This document shows positions 8,741 through 18,349 of a DNA stretch of 53,476 nucleotides, piece by piece (position 1 is the first letter of the stretch; every line of letters starts with the position of its first letter). Under the pieces are notes generated by a model, which did not search any database, was not told where the DNA came from, and saw only the letters and a program-made list of their open reading frames with translations. Origin of the DNA: a virus (taxonomy: Duplodnaviria > Caudoviricetes); IMG/VR virus record IMGVR_UViG_3300017741_000006, positions 1 through 53,476 of that record, one strand, 5' to 3'. A program made the translations under genes and the position numbers.

Positions 8741-9412
8741 TTGGGAAACTTTGTTCATGAAGAAATTGATCTCGGATATAATGATTTGGTGGCTAACACT
8801 TCCAAATCAGGCAGAACTTATATTGATCCTAATGGTAATCGGTATCCTAGTATCACAACGGTTTTATCTATTCTAAGCGAAGAGTCAATCGCCAAATGGA
8901 GAGCTCGTGTAGGAGAAGATGAAGCCAATCGAGTGGGCCATAGAGCTTCTAGTAGAGGCACATTAGTCCATTCAATTATAGAAAGGTACTTACTCAATGA
9001 AAGCACTGATGATTTTTTACCGCATATACGGCAAAGCTTGGAAAACGTTAGGCCTATCCTTGATAACCGTATCGGGAAGATATTCAATCTCGAAGCTCCT
9101 CTTTATTCTCGCCATCTTGGCCTTGCCGGCCGCGTTGACTGTGTTGCCGAATTTGATGGCGTACCTTCCATTGTAGACTTTAAAACTTCAAAGCGAGTTA
9201 AAAAGAAAGAATGTATATCTAGTTATTTTGCACAAATGGCTGGTTATGCTGTTATGTGGGAAGAGCGTACAGGTATGCCAATTACAAATACTGTTATTAT
9301 TATGGATGTTGATGATAATGAGCCTCTAGTATTTAAAGAACACCGTGACAATCATATACAACTACTTATCGATACTAAGAAAGAATATGACAGACGTCAA
9401 TTATTCCACTGA
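8741..9412 (+). CDS. PD-(D/E)xK exonuclease
   Basis: YPSITTVL, RGT.VH, AGRVD, DFKTS and Q..GYA motifs; TTG start. Confidence 0.85.
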   Translation: MGNFVHEEIDLGYNDLVANTSKSGRTYIDPNGNRYPSITTVLSILSEESIAKWRARVGEDEANRVGHRASSRGTLVHSIIERYLLNESTDDFLPHIRQSLENVRPILDNRIGKIFNLEAPLYSRHLGLAGRVDCVAEFDGVPSIVDFKTSKRVKKKECISSYFAQMAGYAVMWEERTGMPITNTVIIMDVDDNEPLVFKEHRDNHIQLLIDTKKEYDRRQLFH

Positions 9413-9578
9413 GTTTAAGCATAAAGCTCGCGTATTTTGGATGGTTAAAGGATATCTTCCGAATAGTAAAACTATTGAAGATGCATATCCAGGCTATCTA
9501 AAAAGATTATGGTGGAATGAAGAAGCTTACATTAGAGCCGAAGGGTTTGAAGAAGCTTTTGAAAAAAAATTCAATTAA
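9387..9578 (+). CDS. Hypothetical protein
   Basis: ORF overlapping the exonuclease end and ending just before the next promoter. Confidence 0.5.
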   Translation: MTDVNYSTEFKHKARVFWMVKGYLPNSKTIEDAYPGYLKRLWWNEEAYIRAEGFEEAFEKKFN

Positions 9579-9591
9579 AGTGAAATTAACT

Positions 9592-9621
9592 GTGTACATT
9601 TACTAGAAAATAGTGTATAAT
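9592..9621 (+). promoter_or_regulatory. Early promoter
   Basis: GTGTAC, 18 nt, TATAAT, followed by AAAAGAGGAG SD. Confidence 0.8.
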
Positions 9622-9652
9622 ATATCTATAAAATAAAAAGAGGAGATATATT

Positions 9653-9829
9653 ATGATTAAGTTTGAATTTCAAAATCCGGATCACAATGATACATGGAAA
9701 TTTATCATTGCGTTTTGTATGACAAAGCCTGAAGGTACCCCTACGGTAGATCTTCAACGTATGTTAGCAGAACAATTCGGTATCGAAGCTAGTGAAACTG
9801 CCTGTGCACTAGCAGCGATACGGTTCTAG
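9653..9829 (+). CDS. Small early hypothetical protein (58 aa, not in ORF track)
   Basis: GAGGAG SD; MIKFEFQNPDHNDTWKF...CALAAIRF*. Confidence 0.7.
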   Translation: MIKFEFQNPDHNDTWKFIIAFCMTKPEGTPTVDLQRMLAEQFGIEASETACALAAIRF

Positions 9830-9839
9830 GAGATATATA

Positions 9840-10016
9840 ATGACTAAGCAAGAATCAAGATTAGAATCATCAATTGCATACGAAAAATATATTGCAAATA
9901 ATGGTAAGATTACTCAATGTCGACCATCAAATAAAATGCCTGAGCCTAGGCGCTATTCTTACAGTGTCTCTAATAAAGGTCGCAAATCTTTCACACTTGC
10001 AGGAGAAGCAATATGA
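9840..10016 (+). CDS. Small early hypothetical protein (58 aa, not in ORF track)
   Basis: AGGAG SD; MTKQESRLESS...FTLAGEAI*; ATGA overlap with the next gene. Confidence 0.7.
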   Translation: MTKQESRLESSIAYEKYIANNGKITQCRPSNKMPEPRRYSYSVSNKGRKSFTLAGEAI

Positions 10017-10552
10017 CAGTATATTTAGATATGGATGGAGTGATTGCAGATTTCTTTGGAGGTCTTGCAAAAAAGTATGATGTTGATCATTGGAAAAGCA
10101 TTCAAGATAAAGAAGTTGCTTTAGCCAAACTTGCAAACACAGACTTCTTCTATCAAATTCCTACATTTCGAGAAGACGCTGGACCTAAACGTTCAGGCGC
10201 CTGTTTATCACAAGTCATAGTCAATTTCGTAAAAGAAATTTCTGATGGTGATTGGGGTATTTGTTCATCACCTTTAAGAGGTGATAATAATAACTCTGCC
10301 TATTGGAAACGTAGATGGCTAGAAGATAAAGGCTTTATGCCTTCAGTTGAAAAATGTATCTTTACTGCTAATAAGCATAAGTATGCATGGAGTATGCTCG
10401 ATCATCTTCCAAATATTCTCATCGACGATAGACCACAAAATATTATAAAGTGGGAAAACGCCGGTGGTATTGGTATTCTTTTTCAAACAGATCAAAATGA
10501 CATTGAAGAAGAATTATTTCCTGAACTTGAACGAGCAATGAGGATACGTTAA
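10013..10552 (+). CDS. HAD-superfamily 5'(3')-deoxyribonucleotidase (NT5C-like)
   Basis: DMDGVIADF motif I, K..WL, LIDD...N...W...GG.GI. Confidence 0.8.
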   Translation: MTVYLDMDGVIADFFGGLAKKYDVDHWKSIQDKEVALAKLANTDFFYQIPTFREDAGPKRSGACLSQVIVNFVKEISDGDWGICSSPLRGDNNNSAYWKRRWLEDKGFMPSVEKCIFTANKHKYAWSMLDHLPNILIDDRPQNIIKWENAGGIGILFQTDQNDIEEELFPELERAMRIR

Positions 10553-10794
10553 TGCTATCAATTGGCACTATTTGTGGTCTTAAAACAGAATTCGAAGAAA
10601 TTGTTGAATCTTTTAGTATGCCTAGCAACTATGGGTCTGATATAAATACACTTGAGTGGTTCGTTGAGAATGGTCATAGATCTAATTCTCTTCGCAGTGG
10701 TTATGAAAGAGCAAAAGAAATAGCAGTCATAATCACGGAGGATTACTATGGAGCAAAAGAAACTGGAACCTGGGTCAGTACACAACGAAGCTGA
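10552..10794 (+). CDS. Hypothetical protein
   Basis: TAATG coupling with GAGGA SD. Confidence 0.5.
   Translation: MLSIGTICGLKTEFEEIVESFSMPSNYGSDINTLEWFVENGHRSNSLRSGYERAKEIAVIITEDYYGAKETGTWVSTQRS
10641..10648 (+). promoter_or_regulatory. Candidate T4 late promoter for the membrane protein and glycosyltransferase operon
   Basis: Exact TATAAATA 100 nt upstream of 10748. Confidence 0.45.
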
Positions 10795-11104
10795 CTTAGA
10801 TAAAGACGGTGTAGTTACTGATAAAGAGTTATTGGCTATGGAAAAGTTGCACGAAATTGAAAGAGCTGATAAATTAGCAGAACGACAAGATCGTAAACAA
10901 AAGCAACAGCGCTATATGGCATGGACTGCTATATGGTCAATGGTAGCTTTTACTGCCGTTATTCTTAGTCCTATTATACCAGACACTAAATTAGAACTAT
11001 TAGGTACGCTCTTAAGCACATTCTATATTGCGCAAGCTGGCATTGTAGGTGCATTTATGGGCTTTGCTACTATTGCAGATAAAAACCAAACTAAATTAAA
11101 ATAA
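10748..11104 (+). CDS. Two-TM membrane protein with an EF-hand-like loop
   Basis: DLDKDGVVTDKE loop followed by two hydrophobic helices; GGAGG SD. Confidence 0.6.
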   Translation: MEQKKLEPGSVHNEADLDKDGVVTDKELLAMEKLHEIERADKLAERQDRKQKQQRYMAWTAIWSMVAFTAVILSPIIPDTKLELLGTLLSTFYIAQAGIVGAFMGFATIADKNQTKLK

Positions 11105-11120
11105 ATGAAAGTTTTTTATT

Positions 11121-11894
11121 ATGAAAAATTTGGTATTTCAATACTATATTCCATATGAAATGGGCGATAGAGATTTAGGCGGAGTTGATTTACCAGATTG
11201 GGCTCAAGCAGGAAGAAGATCAGCGCAGGCATATGCAAAGTATTGTGGTGCTGAATACGTTTTAGATCATACTAGATATTTTGAAGAATTAGATCCTCGT
11301 CTAGATTCAATAAAAATCATATTTGATCCTAAATATGATGAATACGATCATATCCTTTCTGTTGACTTGGATATGCTTATGCATTCCCAAATAAAAGATA
11401 ATATCTTCAATTTTGATATTGGGGACGTAGCGATGGTGCACGAGCTAGGCGTTCACACTGGAACGCCCAGTGGATGGATGAGAAGAGTAATGGATGCGCC
11501 GCTATATCAAAGAGGAATACTTGCATACGGTAAACATATATTTGGAAAAGATTGGATGTTTCCAAAATCAAAACTTTATCCCGATGAAAGATTTAGATAT
11601 CTAAATGGCGGTTTGCAATTATGGTCACGTGAAGGAAGACAAAAGGCTAGAAAACACTTTACTTCAGTTGATCACTACGTATTGCATACAAGATATACCG
11701 AACAAATGTATATTAACTTACAGCTTTCACAACCAATATTTAACGTTGTAGAATTAGATACATATTGGAATAGAATGCCGTATCAATGGAAAAATAGTAA
11801 ACCTGATGGCAAAATCAATCATTTTCTTGCCCGTACTAAATTTACTATGCCTAAACTTGAAAAAACGGAGATGAGTATATGGGACAATTCCTAG
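11121..11894 (+). CDS. GT-A fold glycosyltransferase (GT8/GT34-like)
   Basis: YA...GAEY, VDLD DxD motif, YLNGG, EQ...N, WN and HF motifs. Confidence 0.7.
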   Translation: MKNLVFQYYIPYEMGDRDLGGVDLPDWAQAGRRSAQAYAKYCGAEYVLDHTRYFEELDPRLDSIKIIFDPKYDEYDHILSVDLDMLMHSQIKDNIFNFDIGDVAMVHELGVHTGTPSGWMRRVMDAPLYQRGILAYGKHIFGKDWMFPKSKLYPDERFRYLNGGLQLWSREGRQKARKHFTSVDHYVLHTRYTEQMYINLQLSQPIFNVVELDTYWNRMPYQWKNSKPDGKINHFLARTKFTMPKLEKTEMSIWDNS

Positions 11895-12478
11895 AAATTG
11901 CTGCAGAAAAAACTAGAGGCTTAAATTGGACTTCAGCAAATATTGCATCACATAGCGGTGTCGATAAAGTTGACTTTAGAGATCTTCCTACTAAGTATAA
12001 AGAAAATTCATTTGATGGAATTTACTCAGAACATTTTATTGAACATGTATACAAATATCAAGGGATTAATTATTTTAAAGAATGCTATAGAATTTTAAAG
12101 CCACATGGTACTATTCGTACAGTTTGGCCTCCAAATGAGTTCGTTAATAAGCTAGTTAGTGATGAACCTCTAACCGAACAAGAAGAAAACTTTTGTAAAT
12201 CATATCATCAATTCTATGTTGTTAAGCATAAATTCGCTGCAGCTGGAAATAGTCATAGAAGTATACGTGAGCAATGCGCACTTGGCTTGCTTTATCAAAA
12301 TGGCCAGCATCTTTATCTTTGGGGTATTCAAGAGATGATAGATACTCTTAAATCTTTAGGATTTAAGAATGTAAAACAGCACAAGTATATGGACAGCCGT
12401 GTATTAGAATTCAAAAGCATCGATACTCCCGGTGTAATTCGTGCTTTACACTCTGCAGTTGTTGAAGCTACAAAATGA
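11879..12478 (+). CDS. Class I SAM-dependent methyltransferase (type 11-like)
   Basis: FDGIYSEHFIEH...ECYRILKP.G motif. Confidence 0.75.
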   Translation: MGQFLEIAAEKTRGLNWTSANIASHSGVDKVDFRDLPTKYKENSFDGIYSEHFIEHVYKYQGINYFKECYRILKPHGTIRTVWPPNEFVNKLVSDEPLTEQEENFCKSYHQFYVVKHKFAAAGNSHRSIREQCALGLLYQNGQHLYLWGIQEMIDTLKSLGFKNVKQHKYMDSRVLEFKSIDTPGVIRALHSAVVEATK

Positions 12479-12810
12479 AAATTTTACTTAAATTTGATGG
12501 TAGACAGCAGATGTTTCATTACTATTGGCTACCTCTTATATACAAGCATACTGAATGCACATTTTTTGTAGAAGATAAAAGTGGTAAATTGATTACACCT
12601 AATGGAATAAAAAACCTAAAAGTTATATCTAACTTTAAATCATTAAATGTAAATGATGCTAAGCTTTGTTACATAGATGAAATTCCTACTTATAAAACTA
12701 TGGCTAATTTTAATCATAACACTTTTTATAAAGTTTATTCAACGCCGAAGGAAACGCCTATTGGCAAAATCGAAATTGCAAATAAGAAGGGAACTATAGA
12801 CTGTGTCTAA
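12475..12810 (+). CDS. Hypothetical protein in glycosylation operon
   Basis: Overlaps both neighbours. Confidence 0.5.
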   Translation: MKILLKFDGRQQMFHYYWLPLIYKHTECTFFVEDKSGKLITPNGIKNLKVISNFKSLNVNDAKLCYIDEIPTYKTMANFNHNTFYKVYSTPKETPIGKIEIANKKGTIDCV

Positions 12811-13468
12811 GAATATTATTCTACAGCATATGGATGGTAAACTGCGCGAATTAGATAAGCTTTCAGTTGAAAACATGCAAAGATACGCTGAGTTTGTAAA
12901 AGCAGATTATGAATTAATACGTGGTCGCCCTTTTAGAGAGCATTTAACAGGCGCTTGTCAAAAAATTTATATGTTAGACAAAAAATATGATAACTACGAC
13001 CATGTGCTTATGGTTGATATTGATATGTTTGCCAGAAAAGGTATGATGACAAATGTATTTAAAGTACCTGGCATAGGCCTATATGCTGATGTACAAAAGT
13101 CTTTACATCGTAAAATGATACCACACGGCGGAAGCCTTAACCATCCTTACTGGGGTGGAGCAATATATAAAATGAATTTAAAAACTAGGCAAACGCTTAG
13201 AGCCGGCTTAGGTGGTGATGAATCTTGGATGGACAAATTTAACGAAGCATATAAATTTGAAGACGAAGGTATTATGCATATACTTGCTAAGATGTCAAAT
13301 TTTAGACCGGATGAGCCATATATGCATAGGAAATGGTGTCAGTGTTCTTTCTTACCTAATCCTGAAAAAGCGGGATTTATTCATGTTCGAACAAAAATAA
13401 CACCTCAAGGGCCTAAAAGAGAAAAGATCGAGAATTATTATGATCTTACTCTTAAAGGAATAATATAA
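12803..13468 (+). CDS. GT-A fold glycosyltransferase (paralog of 11121 and 13481)
   Basis: YA....ADY, YDNYDHVLMVDIDM, DEG..H. Confidence 0.7.
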   Translation: MSKNIILQHMDGKLRELDKLSVENMQRYAEFVKADYELIRGRPFREHLTGACQKIYMLDKKYDNYDHVLMVDIDMFARKGMMTNVFKVPGIGLYADVQKSLHRKMIPHGGSLNHPYWGGAIYKMNLKTRQTLRAGLGGDESWMDKFNEAYKFEDEGIMHILAKMSNFRPDEPYMHRKWCQCSFLPNPEKAGFIHVRTKITPQGPKREKIENYYDLTLKGII

Positions 13469-13480
13469 AGGAAACAGATT

Positions 13481-14359
13481 ATGAAAAATATTATATACCA
13501 ATACTGGAAAGGCGATATGAAGCCTGGTGTAGAATACAGCTGTAAGCTTATGAAAGAATATGCCGATCGTATTGGTGCTGAATACAAGTTTGATTTTAAT
13601 AAAACGATTGCTGGTAAAGTAGTTGATGTTCCAATATATTATGAACCTGCCAATCCATTAGTTGATGAATCATTTGATGACTATGATAATGTTATGCTAT
13701 GTGATGTTGATGTTTTTCCAACCGAAGGGTTATCAGATAATATTTTTGATCTATTAGATGGAGAAGATGCTGGTATATGTACGGAACCAAAGCAACCATA
13801 CTTTAGAACAATATACAACTCTGGTGGAATCAATAGTGTAATTGATAAAAAATGGGCTGAGGTTTGTAATAAACGATGGGGTGTAGAATATCCTGTAGAT
13901 GATAAGCAAAGACCTGAAGTATTTAACACAGGAGTTGTTGTTATCTCTAAAGCAGGTCTTAAAAAAATGAAGACTGAATGGCCATCTTTCCAGGAATATG
14001 TAAATGAAGTAAACGGGTTTCCTAAATTCTATAGACTATTTCAAGACTACTTTTCAGCGTTTATTCATTTACCAGGATTTAAATTAAAAAGATTGCCAAA
14101 TGAATGGAATTGTTATATGCATAAGGTAGGCTCTCATCCTAATGCAACTATTGGCGATAATAGACCGGATAATGCTAAATTAGTTCATATTATGTTTCGT
14201 ACTGCTGATGACTGGTCGACTGATGTTCTTTGGAGAATAACAAATAAGCCAATTGCAGAATGGAATTTGCATTTACATAAAGAATGGCCTAATGATCCTC
14301 CTAAACAAGACAATAGTTTATTAAATCAGTTAAAGGATATTAATAATGCTAACAGCTAA
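13481..14359 (+). CDS. GT-A fold glycosyltransferase (GT8-like)
   Basis: YADRIGAEY, CDVDV DxD, FNTGVVV, QD, LPNEWN, LVH. Confidence 0.75.
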   Translation: MKNIIYQYWKGDMKPGVEYSCKLMKEYADRIGAEYKFDFNKTIAGKVVDVPIYYEPANPLVDESFDDYDNVMLCDVDVFPTEGLSDNIFDLLDGEDAGICTEPKQPYFRTIYNSGGINSVIDKKWAEVCNKRWGVEYPVDDKQRPEVFNTGVVVISKAGLKKMKTEWPSFQEYVNEVNGFPKFYRLFQDYFSAFIHLPGFKLKRLPNEWNCYMHKVGSHPNATIGDNRPDNAKLVHIMFRTADDWSTDVLWRITNKPIAEWNLHLHKEWPNDPPKQDNSLLNQLKDINNANS

Positions 14360-14936
14360 AGTAGATAATGTAACATCTGTTGAAGAGTTTTACAGTGAAA
14401 TCAGATCTCAACAAGAAGCCTTTCATGGTGACTACTATTGTGCAATGCATGATTCTATTAGAAAATGTATGAAAGATTGTAGCTCATATAAAGAATTAGG
14501 TACACATCAAGGTGGAAGTGCTGCGGCAGTCATGACAGGTAAGTATAAACCAAAGTATATGGAATTAATTGATATTGATCATGTCAAATATAGAGCTAAA
14601 CTTAAATCATTAGCAGAACCTTATTGTAAAAGCCATGGCATTGAATTAGTAGTTCGTGAAGCAGATTCTGGCAGCTTAAGTTCTATGTCGACAAAAAATG
14701 TTGATATGCTTATGATAGATTCGATTCATAAAAGATATCACATGGAAAAAGAGTTACAGATTCATGGACAAATGGTAAATAAGTATATTGTAGCTCATGA
14801 CACTAGTATTGCGCAGTCAAGTAATTTAGTTGAGTTATATGAATGCTTACGAGACTTTTGTAATAATAATCCATCATGGAATATTATTGAGCGCGGAGTT
14901 GAAAATGTTGGCTACACGGTATTGAAAAAAAATTAA
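14346..14936 (+). CDS. Class I SAM-dependent methyltransferase (type 24-like)
   Basis: ELGT..GGS motif I, IDID, D.LMIDS.H, IVAHD. Confidence 0.75.
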   Translation: MLTAKVDNVTSVEEFYSEIRSQQEAFHGDYYCAMHDSIRKCMKDCSSYKELGTHQGGSAAAVMTGKYKPKYMELIDIDHVKYRAKLKSLAEPYCKSHGIELVVREADSGSLSSMSTKNVDMLMIDSIHKRYHMEKELQIHGQMVNKYIVAHDTSIAQSSNLVELYECLRDFCNNNPSWNIIERGVENVGYTVLKKN

Positions 14937-15632
14937 ATGCTAGCTTCAATAATCACAATTCCAGACCATCCAGTATCTCAGAAAGCTGCTGCCATATGTA
15001 TGGAATCAAGTGAGGTTGTTGGTAATCATTTTAAAATATATCAACATTCAGCTACTACACCTGATGATGTGGACGCAAAGATGAAAGAATATGGTTTAAA
15101 GTGGAATTATCCGTGGGAAGGCACTGTACTTGACTTTGCCACAGGTCTTAAAAAGTCTGCATATAGAACTGCTAACCAGAAGGCCAGGGTTGCATGTAGT
15201 GTGAGCCACTACACCCTGTGGCGATCAACGGCTTCTGGTTCACAGTCACACTTAATATTAGAACATGATTCTAAATTTACATCTAAATTTGATACATCTA
15301 TAATAGATCGTACTAAGTTTTTGATATATGGTATCAACAATCCGATAGGTGCCACGAGAAAAGCTAGAGAGTTTAAAGAACTAGTTTCTAAATCTAATAA
15401 AGAAGTGACATATGTGCCGTGGATTGACGATATGTCTGTTCCTCAAGGTTTAGCCGGAAACTCAGCATATATAATTACACCTGAAGGAGCTAAGAAGATG
15501 CTTAAGCTAGTTGATGAATTTGGATTATGGCCTAATGACGCTATTATGTGCCGACAGCTTATTCCTCAGCTTGGAGTGACTACTAAGTTTTATACTACAG
15601 TTCAAGGTACACCATCAACAACGAGTGATTAA
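14937..15632 (+). CDS. Glycosyltransferase family 25-like
   Basis: AC..SH..LW, LILEHD, G..AYII.PEGAK.L, PND. Confidence 0.75.
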   Translation: MLASIITIPDHPVSQKAAAICMESSEVVGNHFKIYQHSATTPDDVDAKMKEYGLKWNYPWEGTVLDFATGLKKSAYRTANQKARVACSVSHYTLWRSTASGSQSHLILEHDSKFTSKFDTSIIDRTKFLIYGINNPIGATRKAREFKELVSKSNKEVTYVPWIDDMSVPQGLAGNSAYIITPEGAKKMLKLVDEFGLWPNDAIMCRQLIPQLGVTTKFYTTVQGTPSTTSD

Positions 15633-15633
15633 A

Positions 15634-16284
15634 ATGAAAGCCTTTGTTATTGCAATTGAAGACCATGCTAAGTCTCAACAAGTAGCAGATAGATGTATTA
15701 AGTCGGCATCACGATTTGATATTAAAGTAAAAAAATGGAAAGCTACTACACCACATGATATGCCAATCGATAAATTATTAACAGAAAATGTTAACATTGC
15801 TGGCTTACATGAAACATATTCTCGCATTGCTAATTGCGCTGCAGCATTTCATTCACATTTTTCTATTTGGAAAAATGTAGTAGAAACTCAAGAAATGCAT
15901 ATGATTTTCGAGCATGACGCAGTTGTCATAAATGATATTCCCAAAACAATTCAATTCGATAAAGTATTATCTATTGGTGCACCATCATATGGTAAGTTTA
16001 ATACACCTAGTGTATTAGGCGTTGGACCACTAGTATCTAAAGGATATTTTCCTGGAGCACATGGTTATCTGATAAAGCCAGAAGGTGCTAAGTTACTAAT
16101 AAAACAGGCACAAGAAATTGCAAGACCTACAGATGTATTCTTAAATAAAAATACATTTCCATGGCTACAGGAATATTATCCATGGCCAGTAGAAGCTCGT
16201 GATAGTTTTACTACTATTCAGAATGTAAATGGTTGTTATGCAAAGCATACTTATGGAGAAGCGTATCGTGTCGAAGAAGTATAA
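15634..16284 (+). CDS. Glycosyltransferase family 25-like (paralog of 14937)
   Basis: A..SH..IW, IFEHDA, GAHGYLI.PEGAK.L, PTD. Confidence 0.75.
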   Translation: MKAFVIAIEDHAKSQQVADRCIKSASRFDIKVKKWKATTPHDMPIDKLLTENVNIAGLHETYSRIANCAAAFHSHFSIWKNVVETQEMHMIFEHDAVVINDIPKTIQFDKVLSIGAPSYGKFNTPSVLGVGPLVSKGYFPGAHGYLIKPEGAKLLIKQAQEIARPTDVFLNKNTFPWLQEYYPWPVEARDSFTTIQNVNGCYAKHTYGEAYRVEEV

Positions 16285-16915
16285 CCAAGCATTCTTAACT
16301 GGCTGCGATGAAAATAATGCCTGGATGCTTCCATGGTTTGTGGAAAACTATAAGAAACATAATTCAACTCCTTTAGTTTTTGCTAATTTTGGTGTAAGTC
16401 AAAACACATTAAAATATATAAAAAATAATTTTCATGCTGTTATTGATATGAGTAAAACAAAAGAAAGAGGCTGGTTTAAAAAGCCAAGAGCGATGTTATA
16501 CTCACCTTCGATTAAGACTGTATGGCTTGATACTGATTGTCAAATTTGTGATAATATTGAATCAGTATTTAATTTACTTAAACCTAATAAGCTAGCAATG
16601 GTTGAAGATAAGCCATGGACAAAACGGCGGCAAGAAGTATGGCACAATTCAGGCGTAGTGGGAATTATAGATAAGCCTATAATACTTCATCAATGGTGTC
16701 AAGAAGTGCACGATAACCCGAACGTAGGTGATCAAGAAGTGTTACATAATATGCTTAATCCTATTACAAAGTTAAGTCATATCGAAGATTTACCAAACGA
16801 ATATAATGTCCTTCGGATACAAGTTGAGTTAGATGGATATACAGGTAAAAAGAAGATTGTACATTGGACTGGAGCTAAAGGTAAGGATAAGATTAGGAGT
16901 ATGATGAATGTCTAA
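16268..16915 (+). CDS. GT-A fold glycosyltransferase (GT8-like)
   Basis: WF.KP, WLDTD, HNSGVV, GDQEVL, LP.EYN, HWTG..GK; GTG start inferred from GGAG SD. Confidence 0.75.
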   Translation: MSKKYNQAFLTGCDENNAWMLPWFVENYKKHNSTPLVFANFGVSQNTLKYIKNNFHAVIDMSKTKERGWFKKPRAMLYSPSIKTVWLDTDCQICDNIESVFNLLKPNKLAMVEDKPWTKRRQEVWHNSGVVGIIDKPIILHQWCQEVHDNPNVGDQEVLHNMLNPITKLSHIEDLPNEYNVLRIQVELDGYTGKKKIVHWTGAKGKDKIRSMMNV

Positions 16916-17516
16916 AGTTGTGCACATTGTTGGTAATGGTGATCAGGCCGTTTTATATCAGAAAGCCGAAAGAAAAGGCCTAAAGATATGCTGTAATCTT
17001 CCACCCTTTGCTGTGCCTAACACATATGCATCGGTTATTGTGGACTTTAAATTTATGAAAGCAATGACTGAAGGTAGTATTGTATTGCCTGGTGATTGGA
17101 TTCTAGGAATGCGTCCTAAGATTTGGATGGATAAGCATCCTAACTACTACACAAAAGTAGCACATCAAGTAAAAGAATTTTATACTCCTCTTCCTAAATA
17201 TGCTGGTAACTATACTAACTTTAACTGTGGTCATGTTGCCGTACATTATGCAGCAAGTAAGCTAAAGGCAGATAGGATTCACATGTATGGATTTGATTCT
17301 ATCTTTGACTTTAACCTTAGAAGCTATTCAGACCTGGTACTTAATTCTGACAGAGAGAATATGAATAATCATAGACTGTCTAGTAATTGGAGACCAATTT
17401 GGACAGCGATGTTTAAGGAGTTTGAGAATACGGAATTTATTCTTCATCATGTACACGGTGACTTTAAGATTCCTATTTCAAAAAACGTAAGAGCACAAAT
17501 TTATCCTAAAAAGTAA
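16908..17516 (+). CDS. Sialyltransferase-like (GT29/GT42/Maf-like) protein
   Basis: IVGNG near the N-terminus, CN, G..A..YA, I.MYGFD motifs. Confidence 0.55.
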   Translation: MSKVVHIVGNGDQAVLYQKAERKGLKICCNLPPFAVPNTYASVIVDFKFMKAMTEGSIVLPGDWILGMRPKIWMDKHPNYYTKVAHQVKEFYTPLPKYAGNYTNFNCGHVAVHYAASKLKADRIHMYGFDSIFDFNLRSYSDLVLNSDRENMNNHRLSSNWRPIWTAMFKEFENTEFILHHVHGDFKIPISKNVRAQIYPKK

Positions 17517-17524
17517 AAATAACT

Positions 17525-17554
17525 GTGTACATTCTCTTAAAAATAGTGTATAAT
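17525..17554 (+). promoter_or_regulatory. Early promoter
   Basis: GTGTAC, 18 nt, TATAAT, then AAAAGAGGAG SD. Confidence 0.8.
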
Positions 17555-17584
17555 ATATCTATTAAATGAAAAGAGGAGTTCATT

Positions 17585-17770
17585 ATGCAGTATCGTTATC
17601 AGGTTCTAGAATCAGTTCTTAAAAATATCGCTAAGGATGGTTCAACTGAAAACATCTTTGACGAAATTGCTCGTCTTACAAGTGACGAGCGTCGTCACCT
17701 TTCATCTCTCATGACTGTTATGGAAGATGCATCTCATCAAGTTGCTAAAGATTTGGGAGAATATGCATGA
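17585..17770 (+). CDS. Small early hypothetical protein
   Basis: Strong SD directly after the promoter. Confidence 0.65.
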   Translation: MQYRYQVLESVLKNIAKDGSTENIFDEIARLTSDERRHLSSLMTVMEDASHQVAKDLGEYA

Positions 17771-17973
17771 GCCATCCATCAGAAATTGTCAATACTAAAG
17801 GTCACTGGGCTGTTGGAATAAAATGGCCAGTAATTGGTAGTAAAGGTGATAAATATTTAGTAGAGATGTTTGATTCCGGTTTTGATTGTAATTGCATTGC
17901 GTATCGCAAGTGTAAGCACATTAAATCTGTAGAGGAGAGGTTCGATGATTGTAGTGAAGGGTGGACGGTCTAA
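17767..17973 (+). CDS. SWIM zinc-finger-like protein
   Basis: GS.G..Y.V...CNC.....CKH. Confidence 0.7.
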   Translation: MSHPSEIVNTKGHWAVGIKWPVIGSKGDKYLVEMFDSGFDCNCIAYRKCKHIKSVEERFDDCSEGWTV

Positions 17974-18349
17974 GCAACGTTCAACGATCTATAAGGCTGC
18001 TGAGTTTGCATGGGATTATCTCATGCCAAGAATTAAAAATTGTGATATATGGATCGACTTAAATAAGATAGATGATGCACATGGATATTGTTTAAAGATT
18101 GATAAAAGAGAATTTGAAATAGAAATCGATCGACGCTTAAAGGGCGATGATTTATTAACTACAGTTTTTCATGAAATGGTACATGTAAAACAAGGCGTTA
18201 GAAAAGAATGGGAATTTGACGAAGTAAAGTATAGTACTCATGATGAATATTTAAATTTGCCATGGGAAGTGGAAGCTTACAAATTACAAGAGGAAATATT
18301 AGATGCCTATGTACGGCAGGATCGGAAAAAAGGCAGTCGATCAGACTGA
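17945..18349 (+). CDS. Zincin-like metallopeptidase
   Basis: HEMVH (HExxH) and PWEVEA. Confidence 0.75.
   Translation: MIVVKGGRSKQRSTIYKAAEFAWDYLMPRIKNCDIWIDLNKIDDAHGYCLKIDKREFEIEIDRRLKGDDLLTTVFHEMVHVKQGVRKEWEFDEVKYSTHDEYLNLPWEVEAYKLQEEILDAYVRQDRKKGSRSD

Noticed and set aside
9874-10080. ORF-track 68-aa ORF
   Set aside because: A better-supported ORF with an SD (9840-10016) occupies the region in another frame
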